A stretch of 64,000 nucleotides of DNA. Source: Narcine bancroftii (Eukaryota). The stretch covers positions 169,694,001-169,758,000 of the forward strand of contig NC_091474.1 in NCBI RefSeq assembly GCF_036971445.1. Reading direction: 5' to 3'. Both the position numbers and the translations under genes were made by a program. Shown here in pieces: positions 15,060 to 27,666 of the stretch; the stretch's first letter is position 1, and the number at the start of each line of letters is the position of its first letter. The notes beneath the pieces were generated by a model, which ran no database searches, was not told the DNA's origin, and was given only the letters and a program-made list of their open reading frames with translations.

Positions 15060-15660
15060 GTTATCTTTTTTTAAGTTGGCACCTGCAAACTGTTTTCTCC
15101 CTTAAGGATCAGTGCATGGATTTAAGATGTTATCATCTCCATCTATAGCTACCATGTGTGGTCTGAGTATAATGTTTTCAAATTTGTTGACAATATAAAG
15201 TTGGATGGGAAAAAAAGCAGTGAGGAAATGAGACACAATTATCAACAGATTAAGTGATTGGTCAGGAAAATGGGAACGGAATACAAGGAGCAAAAATATT
15301 TTAATCCAGGCACTAAAATATGTTAAAACAGAATCCATGAAATGGCGAGAGCCTGGGAAATGTTGGTATTGAAAGGAATCTAAGTGATCTTGTACAAGAG
15401 TCAGAGAAAGCCAACATTCAGAACTAAAGACAGAGATTTTAAATAATTGGTGGAAGGACTGAAGGAGAAATGAGAAATGTGTTCACCCATTGGGGGTTGG
15501 GATCAGAAACCTATCCCCTGAAATTGAGCCAAGGTAGAAACATCTCCACTGCATTTGGAAAGTATATGGAATGTTCCCTTCAAATGTTGTAAACTGCAAG
15601 ACTGGAACAAGAAGTGGAAAGTGGGATTAGATTGGATACATTTTCCTTGGCCAAATGGTC
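15060..15660 (+). mobile_element. Old CR1 fragment
   Basis: Degenerate PQGSV and KFADD-like region plus a CR1-like 3' part. Confidence 0.55.
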
Positions 15661-16319
15661 ATTTTCTATTATTCATTCAGATTAAAGATGAGAACAATGG
15701 GGGGTGGGGCGAAATTGAAGTAAAACCAGGATAATAATGGATTATTATTCTAAAATGACAGTGTTAACAGCTGCTACATTTAACCAATGCAATTAATTAC
15801 TTTTTTATCCATATGGGAGTTTAAAAATTGATTCATAGGATCCTAAGCTATTGTGCATCATTTATTTGGCTCTTAGAACATAAAAGTAATTGCTGACAAA
15901 GCCAACAGTAATTAGGTATGATAAACCTTGATCACTAACACTTGACATTGTGTTCATTCTTTTCACCCCTCCTCCTTCCCCATTGCAACTTAAAACATGT
16001 TGTGGTCTTACTTTTCCAGTTCTGATGCAAGGTTTTTGAATTGTTAATTTGGTTTCACTCCTCTCAGTGGCTGCCTAACTCACTGATTATTTCCAGCATT
16101 TCAGTATCTCCACATTTCAATACAACATGGAAAGAGGTAATTCAGCCCATTGAATATATTCTAGCTCAGAGAAAAATTAGTTTTACCTTTTCTCCTAACA
16201 TTCCTATCAATTCCATCAATTACAGCATCTTTCTTTTATACCATGAATTTAGGTAATAATAATTTTGTCCCTTTTTTAAGATTTAACTATCCTCTTTTAT
16301 GGGCCAACCAATTCTGAAT

Positions 16320-16595
16320 CTAAACTATCAATTCACCATGGATCCCATGCATTGGTACCTTCTGGGCCAGCCTATCATAGGTGATCTTGTCATATGTCAT
16401 CTGCTGCCCTACCCTTATGAACCACATATGTGACCTCTCCAAAAAACTCAAGCAAAATTTGTAAAACATAGCCTACCCTGCACAAAGCCACATTGACTTC
16501 CCCTAATCTGGTCTTCCCTTTTTGAATCCTATCCCTATGTGTTCTTTCCAATAGTTTCCCTACCACTGTTGTGAGCATCACTGGCCTATAATTCA
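16320..16595 (-). mobile_element. CR1 RT fragment
   Basis: NYRPVMLTTVVGKLLE and LLEFFGEVT motifs. Confidence 0.75.
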
Positions 16596-16780
16596 TATTA
16601 ATAACTTAAGACATTGACAGAATGTAACCTCAGCAATTATAGCCTGTAATACATCCATACCCTTATCTTTCTATATTGTTCATTGGACCCTCATTTAGTA
16701 CAATAGCAAACATTCATACTTTTATGACCGAGCCAGCTGGGTGGAAAGCACTAAGATTCTACAATGAAGTCAGAAGGCAA

Positions 16781-16941
16781 NNNNNNNNNNNNNNNNNNNN
16801 NNNNNNNNNNNNNNNNNNNNNNNNNNNNNNNNNNNNNNNNNNNNNNNNNNNNNNNNNNNNNNNNNNNNNNNNNNNNNNNNNNNNNNNNNNNNNNNNNNNN
16901 NNNNNNNNNNNNNNNNNNNNNNNNNNNNNNNNNNNNNNNNN
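16781..16941. other. Assembly gap (161 N)
   Basis: Run of N. Confidence 1.
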
Positions 16942-17371
16942 AGTTTAAATTCAAAATAAACTGAGAGCATAATCCAGTTCTGGCACAAAATCATACTTGA
17001 GCTTTCAGAAAAATGTAAAATGAGCATACACTAATGCTGCAATAATGTTTCCTTCATATTTGGTCCACTTATTCAGTTAATCTTCAATAAATGTCCATGC
17101 AATATATTAACATTCATCGATGGTTTTGTAGCAGGAGCTATATAAAATTCTAAAATAATATAAAACACATGAATTGCAATGAAGAGGAAAATTTAGTGAT
17201 GCTATAACTGCCAAGAAAGAGGGTATTTATTCTCCTGAGAAAATTTCATAAACTTTTTTTTCACCAAGAAAATTGTAGCTGCCACAAATTGCAATACTTC
17301 AAACTTTGATCACTTAAAATTAGGCACTCCTACATATAAATATAACTTTTTATAGTGCCATTAATACATAC

Positions 17372-17482
17372 TGTGAATGGAGAAAGAGGGCTGATTTTGT
17401 GGCTGTACCGTCGGATCACTTCTCTGATGTGGCTGGGCTGGATGGCATCACTATGAGTCTCCAGACCAGAAGCTGCTGCACT
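17372..17482 (-). CDS. SUPT3H: SUPT3H penultimate-type coding exon (111 nt, phase 0 to 0)
   Basis: [37 protein letters not shown] vs human [37 protein letters not shown]; acceptor ttttctgttgcag, donor ACA|gtatgt. Confidence 0.96.
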
Positions 17483-19964
17483 CTGCAACAGAAAAACATA
17501 AATTCTTGACTAAATCAAAAATACTAAGACAACTTCAGATAAAAGACATAGTATAGAAGTCTGAACAAGACAAGCCTCCTAAATTGAATATATTCAAGTT
17601 TAAATACATTCACATAAAGGCTGAGCAGAGGAATAGATCAAGAGGAAACTGGCTATTTCTTTTTGATTCAATAATATGATAATATTTTGATGACTAACCT
17701 TGAGTTACAATTCAGGAAGAAAGTTGCAGTGTTTAATTACTGTTTTCTTTAGCAATTTCTTTCATTGGGAATGATAACAATTTTACTGTCCATAACATTT
17801 TCTCTATCTGAATACTCAATCACATAGCAAAGCAAAACTCATTTTATCGTAAGCCACAGTGAGAGTATTCCTCAATCTTAATATTGGCCACTAGGAAAAG
17901 AGTGATTTGTTAACTTGGTGCCAGTTGCATCAGATGAAGTTGAAGCTACAATCAGTGTCACTGCAGCTAGGTTATCTAAATCATTCTTGAGTCTGACATA
18001 CAGATTGGGCACACTGAACATTTTAAGATAGAGAAACAGAATAAATGTTTCAGGTTGACATCTTTGCTGGAAACTGCATTTAGGCATTGTATTGAAAATG
18101 AAATTAATTTGACTGTGATAACTGCAAAGCAGGGTAGCCAACAAATACTCAATGCACAGCATTGCATGTGGAGAGAAACTTGAATGTAAAAAGAGAGCTA
18201 GCCCTTTCAGAAAAGTCTTTACCATCTCTATAATTATGTTTGATATTGTTCCAAAATTAAGCTATAATTTTTCAATTCAAGAGTCTTCTTACATGTATAA
18301 ATATCTGCTTAAATAATATTATTCAGCCATTATTATACAACATATAGAAACAGGTCACTTGCAAGTAAGGTGGCTGAATAAGAATTTTGTAATTAGTAGT
18401 ATTGTAAATGAAGCCAAATACTGTTCTTTCTTCAATAATTCTTAGTGAGATGGTAAATGAGCTTTCTCAGAATACAAGACACCTTTATGAATATATTTCA
18501 AATGTTTGGCATACATAACAAGATGATTCTTCATCATATAGAATTTTGCAAATGTCCTCTTAAAAAAAAACCATATCTGATCTATGCCAATTAAAAATAA
18601 ACCACACTAATGTTCTTTCTTTTAGTTACTTGCAGAGATACATGAGCCATTAAGTAAAAACATTAGCCCCGTTTTTCTCCTTTCTCAGTAATATAATGAT
18701 TTTAAATTGATAGAAAATATTCTCAAACTACTCTTTAAAAGATGTTTATACAAGAATCACAAATTATATACATTTTGGCCAAACATTTGTCCTTGTCTAC
18801 ATGACAGAAAGCATAGATCAATGCAACTTCTGTGACAAGCCTAGCTCATTTTAAAAATAACCTTGCCTTGGTATTAGCTTGAAATAATGTGCTGGTTGAT
18901 TACTATTTCCAGACTATTTTCTTATGTAGTTCCTTGTTATTATCACTGCTGGATTTTGGTGCAACTTGAAGCATCCAAAAAAGACACACAAATGATTCTC
19001 CAACTATCTTGGGATATAACAGCACACACAATTACTTCTTCATAATTGCTCAAAATTATATTGATCGAGTTCGCTTTACTGCATACAGAACCAATGAAAA
19101 TAGCTCCGGTTAGTTCCAGTAAACTTTGTACATTCCAAGAATTTTATCATTACATTTTGGTTTGCTACCATTTTTAAAATTACTCCTTGATCTAAAACTG
19201 AAAATAAATGATCAATTTTAAAATGAAAGATTGCTCCACAGAAGATGTACCTGTATTTAAATTGCATTTAAAGTAATAAATAAGAATGTCATATCATTCT
19301 TCTATAAAGTGGTAGTCTCAAAAATCTAGTTACAGATGCTATAACTCATTCTTTTCTTAGGATCATTTGTGAAATGTAATATGATGCAATCTGCACATCT
19401 GTTAGACTCTGATATAGTTAGTTTACCCTGTATAATCTATCATTTTATATTTAAAGGTATTGTTAAGCTACTAGACTGGCAGTTCTGGACCATTAATTTA
19501 GGGACAAGGGCTTGAATCTCCCCTTGACATGTGGGGTATTGAAATTCAATGAAATAAATCTGGAAATTACAAAGATGGGTTTCAGAAAGAATGACCAAGA
19601 AATTACTAAGCAAAAATCCACCTGACTCTCTGAAGTCTCATGAAAGGCAATCTGCTTTCTCCACACACATTGGCCTACAACCAACTCCAGACCCACCAAC
19701 AGAGTATGAAAACAGGCCCCGCAACCCACCGTCTGTCCCATTCATCAAACACCCATCTTTACATAATTCTATACAAACCCCATATTCCCATCAACCCTTC
19801 CCCAAATGTTACTACTTATCTGCACACTGAAGGCAATGTACAGAACCCAACTAACCAATACACATTGTTGAGATGTGGGAGGAAAGTGGAGCATCCAGAG
19901 TAAATCTACACCATCACAATGAGAATTATAAATTCCACAGAGAAAAAAAAAACAGTGATCAGGA

Positions 19965-21010
19965 CTGATGTAGGGATAAAAATATCTGCTGGAGGAACTC
20001 AGCGGGTTGAGCAACATCAGTGCAAGTGTGGTAAACCACTGTTATGCTATGATTGGCTGCTACTGGCTGGACACACCTCCCAAGACTGATCCTACCCATA
20101 GCCCTTTGCATGCTCCTCATTTCACTCTGCCTTGATTAGTCAATAAGGTTGATGGCTGTTCCGGTCTATAATTAATATAAGCCTGTCAGATCCACAACTT
20201 CAGTCTTTTGTGATTATTGATGGTGCATCATCGAGAAAAATTGTCAACATTTTGAGATGGAACTCTTCATCAAGACTGAGAGAGTGGAGGGGAGAGAGCC
20301 AGTACAGAGTGGGTAGGGTTAGACAGAGGACAGTTGTAGATTCATGAACCAGGGATAGGTGAAGGATCAAGGAAAAATTGGGAGGCAATTGTTTGGGAGG
20401 TGCCAGACAAAAGGAAAGACATGCAAGAGGTGAAGGAAGATGAGCAAGACTAGGATGATGAAGGTGTTGGTTGGAGGGTAAGTAGAGATTGAGGCTGCCA
20501 GAGTTGAAATCTGATAAGTAGAAAAGATAACAAAGGTGATGTAAAGGAAGCTATTAGGGGAGAGGAGAAGGATGGATAGGCCAGATGCAACTCAAGGGAG
20601 GAGAGGACCAGAAGAGGAGTGGGATGAGAATGTGGAGAGTAGGAGGGAAAGGGAGGGAGAAGAATTAAAGTAACTCAGAAGAAGAAAGAGGTGCCTTGTT
20701 ACTTGAAAATGGACAATTCAATGTTCATATTATTGGGCTGCAGTCTGCCCAGGCTGAATGTAAGGTACTATTCCTCTAGTTTGTGTTGGCAGTGGAGAAG
20801 GCCAACAATGTACAGGTTTGTGTGGGAATGGGAAGGGGCGTTGAAACGGCATGCAATCGCATGCTCAGGATGGCCATTGTGGACAGAGAACAGATGCTCT
20901 GTGAAAAGTTCCCATACCTGCTTTTGGTCCCACCGATGTAGAGGAGGCTGTATTAGGAGTATAGAATATAGATGAAGTTTGAGGAGGTGCATGTGAATCT
21001 TGCATTGCAG
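19965..21010 (-). mobile_element. Penelope-like element 3' region (GIY-YIG remnant and terminal repeat), interrupted by a short solo LTR
   Basis: Reverse complement resembles the GIY-YIG region at 54819-55140 and 60060-60380; typical gctggaggaactcagc terminal repeat. Confidence 0.65.
20027..20230 (+). mobile_element. Short solo-LTR-like insertion
   Basis: TG...CA ends (tgtggtaaacc ... ggtgcatca) splitting the Penelope terminal repeat; TSD degenerate (gcaag/tcgag). Confidence 0.5.
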
Positions 21011-21039
21011 TAAGTACATATCTGGACATCCATCTACCA

Positions 21040-21960
21040 TTCATTAACTGCCTCTGCTTTTGTTTTTATCCAACTTACTTAGCCAAACCTCTAACTTCTC
21101 AATTCCTCTGTTTGTTGCCCTTTTCTTCTGGTTCCCACCAACCCTGCTGTGTTGGTTTAAACCTTCTCGAGTATCACCATAAAACCTCCCTGTGAAGATA
21201 CCAGTGCCCCTTCCTTCTCGTCTTTCGTGTTCAGGTCCCGTGACCTGTGTAGGTGTGCCCAATAATTCAAATACTTGAAGTTCTTCCCCTGCAGTTTCTC
21301 ACCACACATTCAACTGTATTATCTTTTGATTTCTTTCCTCATTAGCACGCGGCTTGGGGAGTAATTCAAAGATTACAACCTCGAAGGTCCATTTTTAAAC
21401 TTTCTACCTAACTTCATTTCTCTTTGAGGGACTGCATCTTCCTTTCTATCTCTGCCATTAGTACAAACTAGACCTCTGACTGGTCACTCTCTCCTTTCAG
21501 AATGTCTAATGTTTGGCTCGAAAGAGAGAACACACCATCCTGGACTCTCATGTATATCCACAGAAACAACTTTCTTTGCTCTGACTAAAGAGTCCCCATC
21601 ATTATTGGTCACCTTTACCTAGTCCTGCTATCCAATAGAACCAATACAACATATTCTCCTAAGAGACTATTCTCTCCAACAGCAGCCAAAATTATATACT
21701 TATGTGAGAGTGGGACAGACACTGGAGACTCCTATGCCACTGTTTGGCTCTCTCAGTGGTTATCGGGTTGATTCTTTGCGCGACAATCTCTCTGAAACTC
21801 CTATCTGCCTCTTCGACTTCCTTAGGTGAGTTGAAATGCCACTCCAACCCATCCATGTCCTCTGAGAGGAACTGCAGCTGGAGACTTGTTCTACAAACAT
21901 TGTCATCGGAGACACTTAGCCACTCCCTGACTTCTCACATCTTACAGGAACATTTTTTAT
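21040..21960 (-). mobile_element. CR1 5' region (ORF1 SGNH-esterase-like remnant)
   Basis: Minus strand gatggggactctttagtcaga near 21580-21600 gives a GDS(L/I)VR-like motif; heavily decayed. Confidence 0.6.
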
Positions 21961-23149
21961 GCCGTTTCTTAACTTTCTAGACCAAAGGGCATCGTGTCTT
22001 AAACCTCACCTTAATTATTTTGATATCAAGTGTTTAATCCTTGGCAGTTTAAGTGTGTTCTTTTGACATGCTTTTAGTATTAGTGAAAACAACTCGTGAC
22101 AACTCAGTGGCACAAAATGGAAATTTGTGAAGAAAGATCGCTGACAACTGGTAAAGCCGAGACAAGAGAAAAGGCAGGTGAAACAAATCAAAGTATGAAC
22201 ACTATCAGGTACTATTTACGGATAATTTTAGCTTCAGTGAATTAAACTACTGTAATATTACTACTTACACATAAAAAGAATCTTTCTAAAAAAGTGTCTA
22301 TAAATGATGGAAAATTAAGGTCAAAGCACATATTACTAATCTTTACATTCCAATAAAAAAAACACAATATGCTTAAGATCCTTATTTAGTTTTAAAACTA
22401 TATCTGCAAATTCAAGTATGTAAATCACGTTGAAAACACCTGCTATATGTTATCAATGAAATATGACAATTCTTCAGCTTTTTCAATCGAGACAGTATTG
22501 TTTTTTTAAACAGATTATGCTATTTTTAGACATATAATACAAAGTACAAGTTTATAGCTCCATTTAGAATCACATTACAGAAGTACAATAATATTTTGTG
22601 AATCAGATGTCAGAATATGTTAGAAATAGCTAGTGCTGAATAGGTCAATTCTCCATTGAAACATGTTGAATGCTTCCAGTATGCTTCACATATTACATTG
22701 AACAAATAACGATGAACCCACAATTTTATTTGATCCATCGCACTAAATAACATGAAATTTCCCTGAATTTGGTTCAATCAAGGAACAAATTCTTGTTAAT
22801 GAGTGCAACAAACCATATTTAAGATTCCATTTTTCCAGCAGTACAATTAACCGAGTAGTTTGATGTAGTCTGATAACTTTTAAAGGGCCATGAGGTTTGT
22901 TTAAATACACAATAGCACATGAACCAAACAAAATATGTCCATAGTGCCTAGTTGAACAAAATAACTGCAGAAGTCAATGTCCCCACAAAATAGCAGGTTC
23001 AACATATTGATCAGTTAATCAAAAAACGAATGCTGAGAAAGCCCATGCTAAAGTTGATTTGAACCTGAATTTACAATTCTCAATCTGATAGATCAGATTG
23101 TCATACACATAAAATCCTGAGTCAGAATCAGTTCTCAGAAGAGGCAAAT

Positions 23150-23908
23150 TTTAGGCCAAGCCTCTGCCTGGAGGCCGTCTATTAGTGCGGAGGAAAAAAA
23201 ATATAAACTTACCTTTTATGGAGCAGCCCTAAAAGACTGTTCTTGTGTCACATTCATGTTGAGTGGCACCTAGTATCTCCTTCTGGAGGTGGGGCGACTG
23301 GTGCCATGGCATTGCCCATCATAAATATGTGGCAGAGCAATGGCCGTCTTCCCTATCCATTATCCCCCATGCAGCTGAAACCACTGTGTTTCCCAGAACG
23401 GTTCCAGCTGTGTGGGGGAATTATGGGTAGCGAAGAGAGCCATTGCTCTGCCACGTTTTGAGTTGCTGATGAGCAACCCTGAAGACCAAAGCAGCCTGGT
23501 GAGGTGCCAGTGCGGCCAGTGGGGCTGTCACAGCCTGCACCGGCCATCTCCTGACGGCCCCTGCTTTGATGGTTTCTGCCAGCCACCCTTGACCTTATGG
23601 CTCCCACCAGTCGCCCCTACCCTGATGGACCCCCTACCCTGAGGGGGGTATGGAAGGAAAGGGGTGAGAGGGAAGATGGGTCGCGAGCTGTTGGCATCAT
23701 TGTGATGTCATCAGCCTGTCCCTTGAACAGGCAATACATTCATGCGAGGTGACGGAATGCAGCGCTCTGCCAATGATCCTCCCCCAAGAGGGTTTGCAGT
23801 CAGCGCCTAGGAGCTGGCCATGGAGCATTCTTAAAGGTAAGTCTCACAATATAAGGGCAGATATCTCTGCCTTTACACTTGGGCTTTTTCACTACATGAA
23901 AGGGGCTG
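23150..23908. mobile_element. GC-rich non-autonomous DNA transposon remnant (Harbinger-like end)
   Basis: GC-rich island in AT-rich intron; ends in catgaaaggggct; internal inverted pair acttacctttta (~23206) / ttaaaggtaagt (~23831). Confidence 0.45.
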
Positions 23909-24804
23909 AATTTTGATATTCCTTAAAAGGTTTTGAGAAGTAGAATGAGGGAGAGACATTTCTAATGGGGCAAGATTCCTCTCACTCTGGAGATGCTGCT
24001 GCAGAAGTCTGCTGTACTTTAGGTGGATTCTCCATTCATTGAACTGAGACCATCAAGATACTGAGGCTAGCCTTGGCCGCACAGGAAGAGGCAAATTTGG
24101 AATGCCTAAAGTAAATCATTCTTGGAGTTACCTTTAGTGTTCAAACTCTTGGAAGCTACGCATAATCTCAGAAGATAATTACACAGCCCCTTTCCTAGAA
24201 AAAGTCTCTCGTTGCCTCCAATTACTTTTGACAGCTGCATATCAGAGCTTAACGGGCCTTCCAAACTTGCCTTTCAAATACAATAAGAGTCTGTTTTCTC
24301 TCATCTTCAAAACATTTTCACAGGTCCAACAGCAAAAGGGTGAGTCTATTCTGGCTCATCAGAACCCTGAGAAACTTCTCAGACCTTTCTCAAGCAGCCT
24401 TCCATCCAGGTTTTCAGGAAAGTGACAAAAGCAAGCTAAAGCCATTGGCTTCAAATGGTCATCTTTTTTAAATTATGTCCAAGTTACCACCCTTTGTGAG
24501 GATAGCCCCCAACTGTGCATGTTTGAAGTCTCTGCCACTTTGGTGGCACCACAGTTTAAACTGTCCTTATACTTGATGGAGAAAAAGCTGCGCACAATTA
24601 TGTGCACTGGTATCAAGCTGAAGTAGAACCCAGAGCCTTGAAATTAAACTGTGATCACCCATAACTGAACTTCAAAATTTATTATCTGCACAAGACGAGA
24701 ACACTCATTTTGAAAATTCTTATTCAACCATTTTGCAAAGAAATTGCATGCGAATTAATTTCTAGCTTTGAGCAGTTAAATATATCTAATTTACTCAATA
24801 TAAT

Positions 24805-24988
24805 TAAAGGTAAAGGCTCCATTATTGTCATGTAATACTACACTTGGATGAAATGCTTTAACTTTGTCTACCATAAGGAAGACAGAGCGCCACTTTGTCC
24901 AGCGCCCCTCACAGAAATGAAACCCCAGCGATGAACGAAATCACGACCCCTGGTTTACAAGACCAGTGCTCTAACCACTCAGCTATAT
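24805..24988 (-). mobile_element. tRNA-Thr(TGT)-headed SINE (tRNA pseudogene plus LINE-like tail)
   Basis: Minus strand ATAGCTGAGTGGTTAGAGCACTGGTCTTGTAAACCAGGGGTCGTGATTTCGTTCATCGCTGGGGTT closely follows vertebrate tRNA-Thr-TGT, with a damaged T-loop; followed by ~115 nt ending tgacaataatggagcctttaccttta. Confidence 0.75.
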
Positions 24989-26204
24989 CTTCTTTCTTTT
25001 CTTCTTTGGCTTGGCTTCACGGACAAAGATTTATGGAGGGGTAATCTCCACGTCAGCTGCAGGCTCGTTTGTGGCTGACAAGTCCGATGCGGGACAGGCA
25101 GACACGGTTGCAGCGGTTGCAAGGGAAAATTGGTGGGTTGGGGTTGGGTGTTGGGTTTTTCCTCCTTTGTCTTTTGTCAGTGAGGTGGGCTCTGCGGTCT
25201 TCTTCAAAGGAGGTTGCTGCTCGCCAAACTGTGAGGCGCCAAGATGCACGGTTTGAGGCGATATCAACCGACTGGCGGTGGTCAATGTGGCAGGCACCAA
25301 GAGATTTCTTTAGGTAGTCCTTGTACCTCTTCTTTGGTACACCTCTGTCACGGTGGCCAGTGGAGAGCTCGCCATATAACAGGGAAGACGATGGTCCTCC
25401 ATTCTGGAGACGTGACCTACCCAGCCCACTTGGATCTTCAGCAGCGTGGATTTGATGCTGTCGGTCTCTGCCATCTCAAGTACTTCGATGTTAGGGATGA
25501 AGTCGCTCCAATGAATGTTGAGGATGGAGCGGAGACAACGCTGGTGGAAGCGTTCTAGGAGCCGTAGGTGATGCCGGTAGAGGACCCATGATTCGGAGCC
25601 GAACAGGAGTGTGGGTATGACAACGGCTCTGTATACACTAATCTTTGTGAGGTTTTTCAGTTGGTTGTTTTTCCAGACTCTTTTGTGTAGTCTTCCAAAG
25701 GCGCTATTTGCCTTGGCGAGTCTGTTGTCTATCTCGTTGTCGATCCTTGCATCCGATCAAATGGTGCAGTCAAGATAGGTAAACTGGTTGACCGTTTTGA
25801 GTTTTGTGTGCCCAATGGAGATGTGGGGGGGCTGGTAGTCATGGTCGGGAGCTGGCTGATGGAGGACCTCAGTTTTCTTCAGGCTGACTTCCAGGCCAAA
25901 CATTTTGGCAGTTTCCGCAAAACAGGACGTCAAGCGCTGAAGAGCTGGCTCTGAATGGGCAACTAAAGCGGCATCGTCTGCAAAGAGTAGTTCACGGACA
26001 AGTTGCTCTTGTGTCTTGGTGTGAGCTTGCAGGCGCCTCAGATTGAAGAGACTGCCATCCGTGCGGTACTGGATGTAAACAGCGTCTTCATTGTTGAGGT
26101 CTTTCATGGCTTGTTTCAGCATCATGCTGAAGAAGATTGAAAAGAGGGTTGGTGCGAGAACGCAGCCTTGCTTCACACCATTGTTAATGGAGAAGGGTTC
26201 AGAG
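24989..26204 (-). mobile_element. RTE-clade LINE, 5'-truncated, young
   Basis: KQGCVLAPTLFSIFF and ELLFADDAALVAH RT motifs; AG-rich microsatellite tail; flanked by AGCTATAT at 24981-24988 and 26205-26212. Confidence 0.92.
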
Positions 26205-26966
26205 AGCTATATACCTTATATTAATTCCTCAAACTTAGTCCAAGCAATTACTTCATGAATATAACCACTTCAGTAAAACTCCTATAATCTGGCTTCCTAT
26301 GGGCTTTGGAGGTGCAGGACAGTAGATTTTCAAGACTACTGGAAGCTACTCCTATAACACCAACACTTTCATTTCACTCTTTTTACATATTACACAGTAC
26401 AATACATGTTTCACTTAACCTAGTGTGTTTAAATAGAATTTTGAAAAGAGAACTTGGTTAGTTCAGATTGTAAGTTAGAACTGACAAGCTAAAGCATACA
26501 AACACTTCCAACCCTGGTTACATATTCTGGATCCTGCTCCCAGCTGCAAACCTCTCTGTATTCCTGACCCCACTCCAGGTCCACAACAGCCTGCAGTCCC
26601 AATAAACATGCACTGAATTTCAATAATGAGGACTAATGCAATAATGAGGATTAATCAGTATGCTACATATCAAAAGTTGTTACACAACTTAGGCAACATT
26701 TATTTCCTTAATAAGATGAAAAATTGGATGATTGAACACATTTTATGAGACTGCTAAAAACCTTAAAAACAAAAATACAGATGTCAGTCATGGGTAAGTT
26801 TCTGAAGGGCTATGCGGCAATGGAATATGATATTGGAATAAATGACCAGCTCCAACTCAGGAACTGCTGCTTCAATGGCAGAGCAGATGAAAGGGCTGAA
26901 TTGTCTTCTCCTGTATTCTAGGTTTCTATTAGAAAACTACTTCACTAAGCAACAAAATACACCAAC

Positions 26967-27146
26967 CTTTTTTCGCTTGCGGGTTTTTGCCTTGGAAATG
27001 CTGGAATCTTGGCCCATGCTCCCATTGCCAACATTTCCTGAGTGGGTTTTAGACACATGTGGCACTGTCGATGCTGGGGTAGTTGGGGTTGATGGGGGTG
27101 TATTCTCAGGAGAATCAGGATTGCTCTTCAGGTTGACAGTTTGAAC
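26967..27146 (-). CDS. SUPT3H: Probable additional SUPT3H exon (180 nt, or 192 nt from the upstream acceptor at 27158), S/T-P-rich with a basic NLS-like end
   Basis: Open phase 0-0 frame VQTVNLKSNPDSPENTPPSTPTTPASTVPHVSKTHSGNVGNGSMGQDSSISKAKTRKRKK; pyrimidine-rich tract followed by ttttag and tttcag acceptors; donor AAG|gttggt; sits in frame between the ...LSE and SAAAS... exons; no repeat similarity noticed. Confidence 0.8.
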
Positions 27147-27666
27147 CTGAAATTGCATCTAAAATAATACAAAATAATTTTCTTGAGAACCTAAAACACC
27201 AATAGCATCCACAAACTATACCATCAAATATAGCACTTTTTTTTGTGCAGGCATACCTTTCATGGGTTCAATCTCCACAAATTGTTTGTCCAATGGACAT
27301 CTTCACTTGTTCCACTCAACAACTGAAAGCCTCATGCCCTTTTAGCATAAACTCCATGACCAAATTGTGCCTCAGATCTCAACCTTCATTCTTCCCCTGA
27401 GCCTGACAAACCACATTCACCACACTTTATTTCTCAAGTTTGAACTCAGGAACTGCTGCTTCAAGTCTGGATATTATAGTTATTGTGATTTGTTTCAGAC
27501 TCACCTGACCACTGTACAGTCAATGGATGCTTTTAAAATAACATCAATTCTTTCCCATTCCATTGTTGTCATCAGTGAATTCCTAGTCTATGGTGAGTTA
27601 ATGCACAGAGTATTACACTGGAAAAATTAAGAACTTCAAAAAGTATGATGAAAAAATTAAACAGTG

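Noticed and set aside
16676-17027. ORFs spanning the N run
   Set aside because: Artefacts of the assembly gap.
24324-24339. Plus-strand 16-nt micro-exon-like signal (ttttcacag...AAGG|gtgagt)
   Set aside because: No partner exons or plus-strand gene are evident, and such signals arise by chance in 64 kb.
24921-24988. Functional tRNA-Thr gene
   Set aside because: The T-loop/B box is mutated, the 5' acceptor strand is separated by the RTE insertion, and a SINE-like tail follows.
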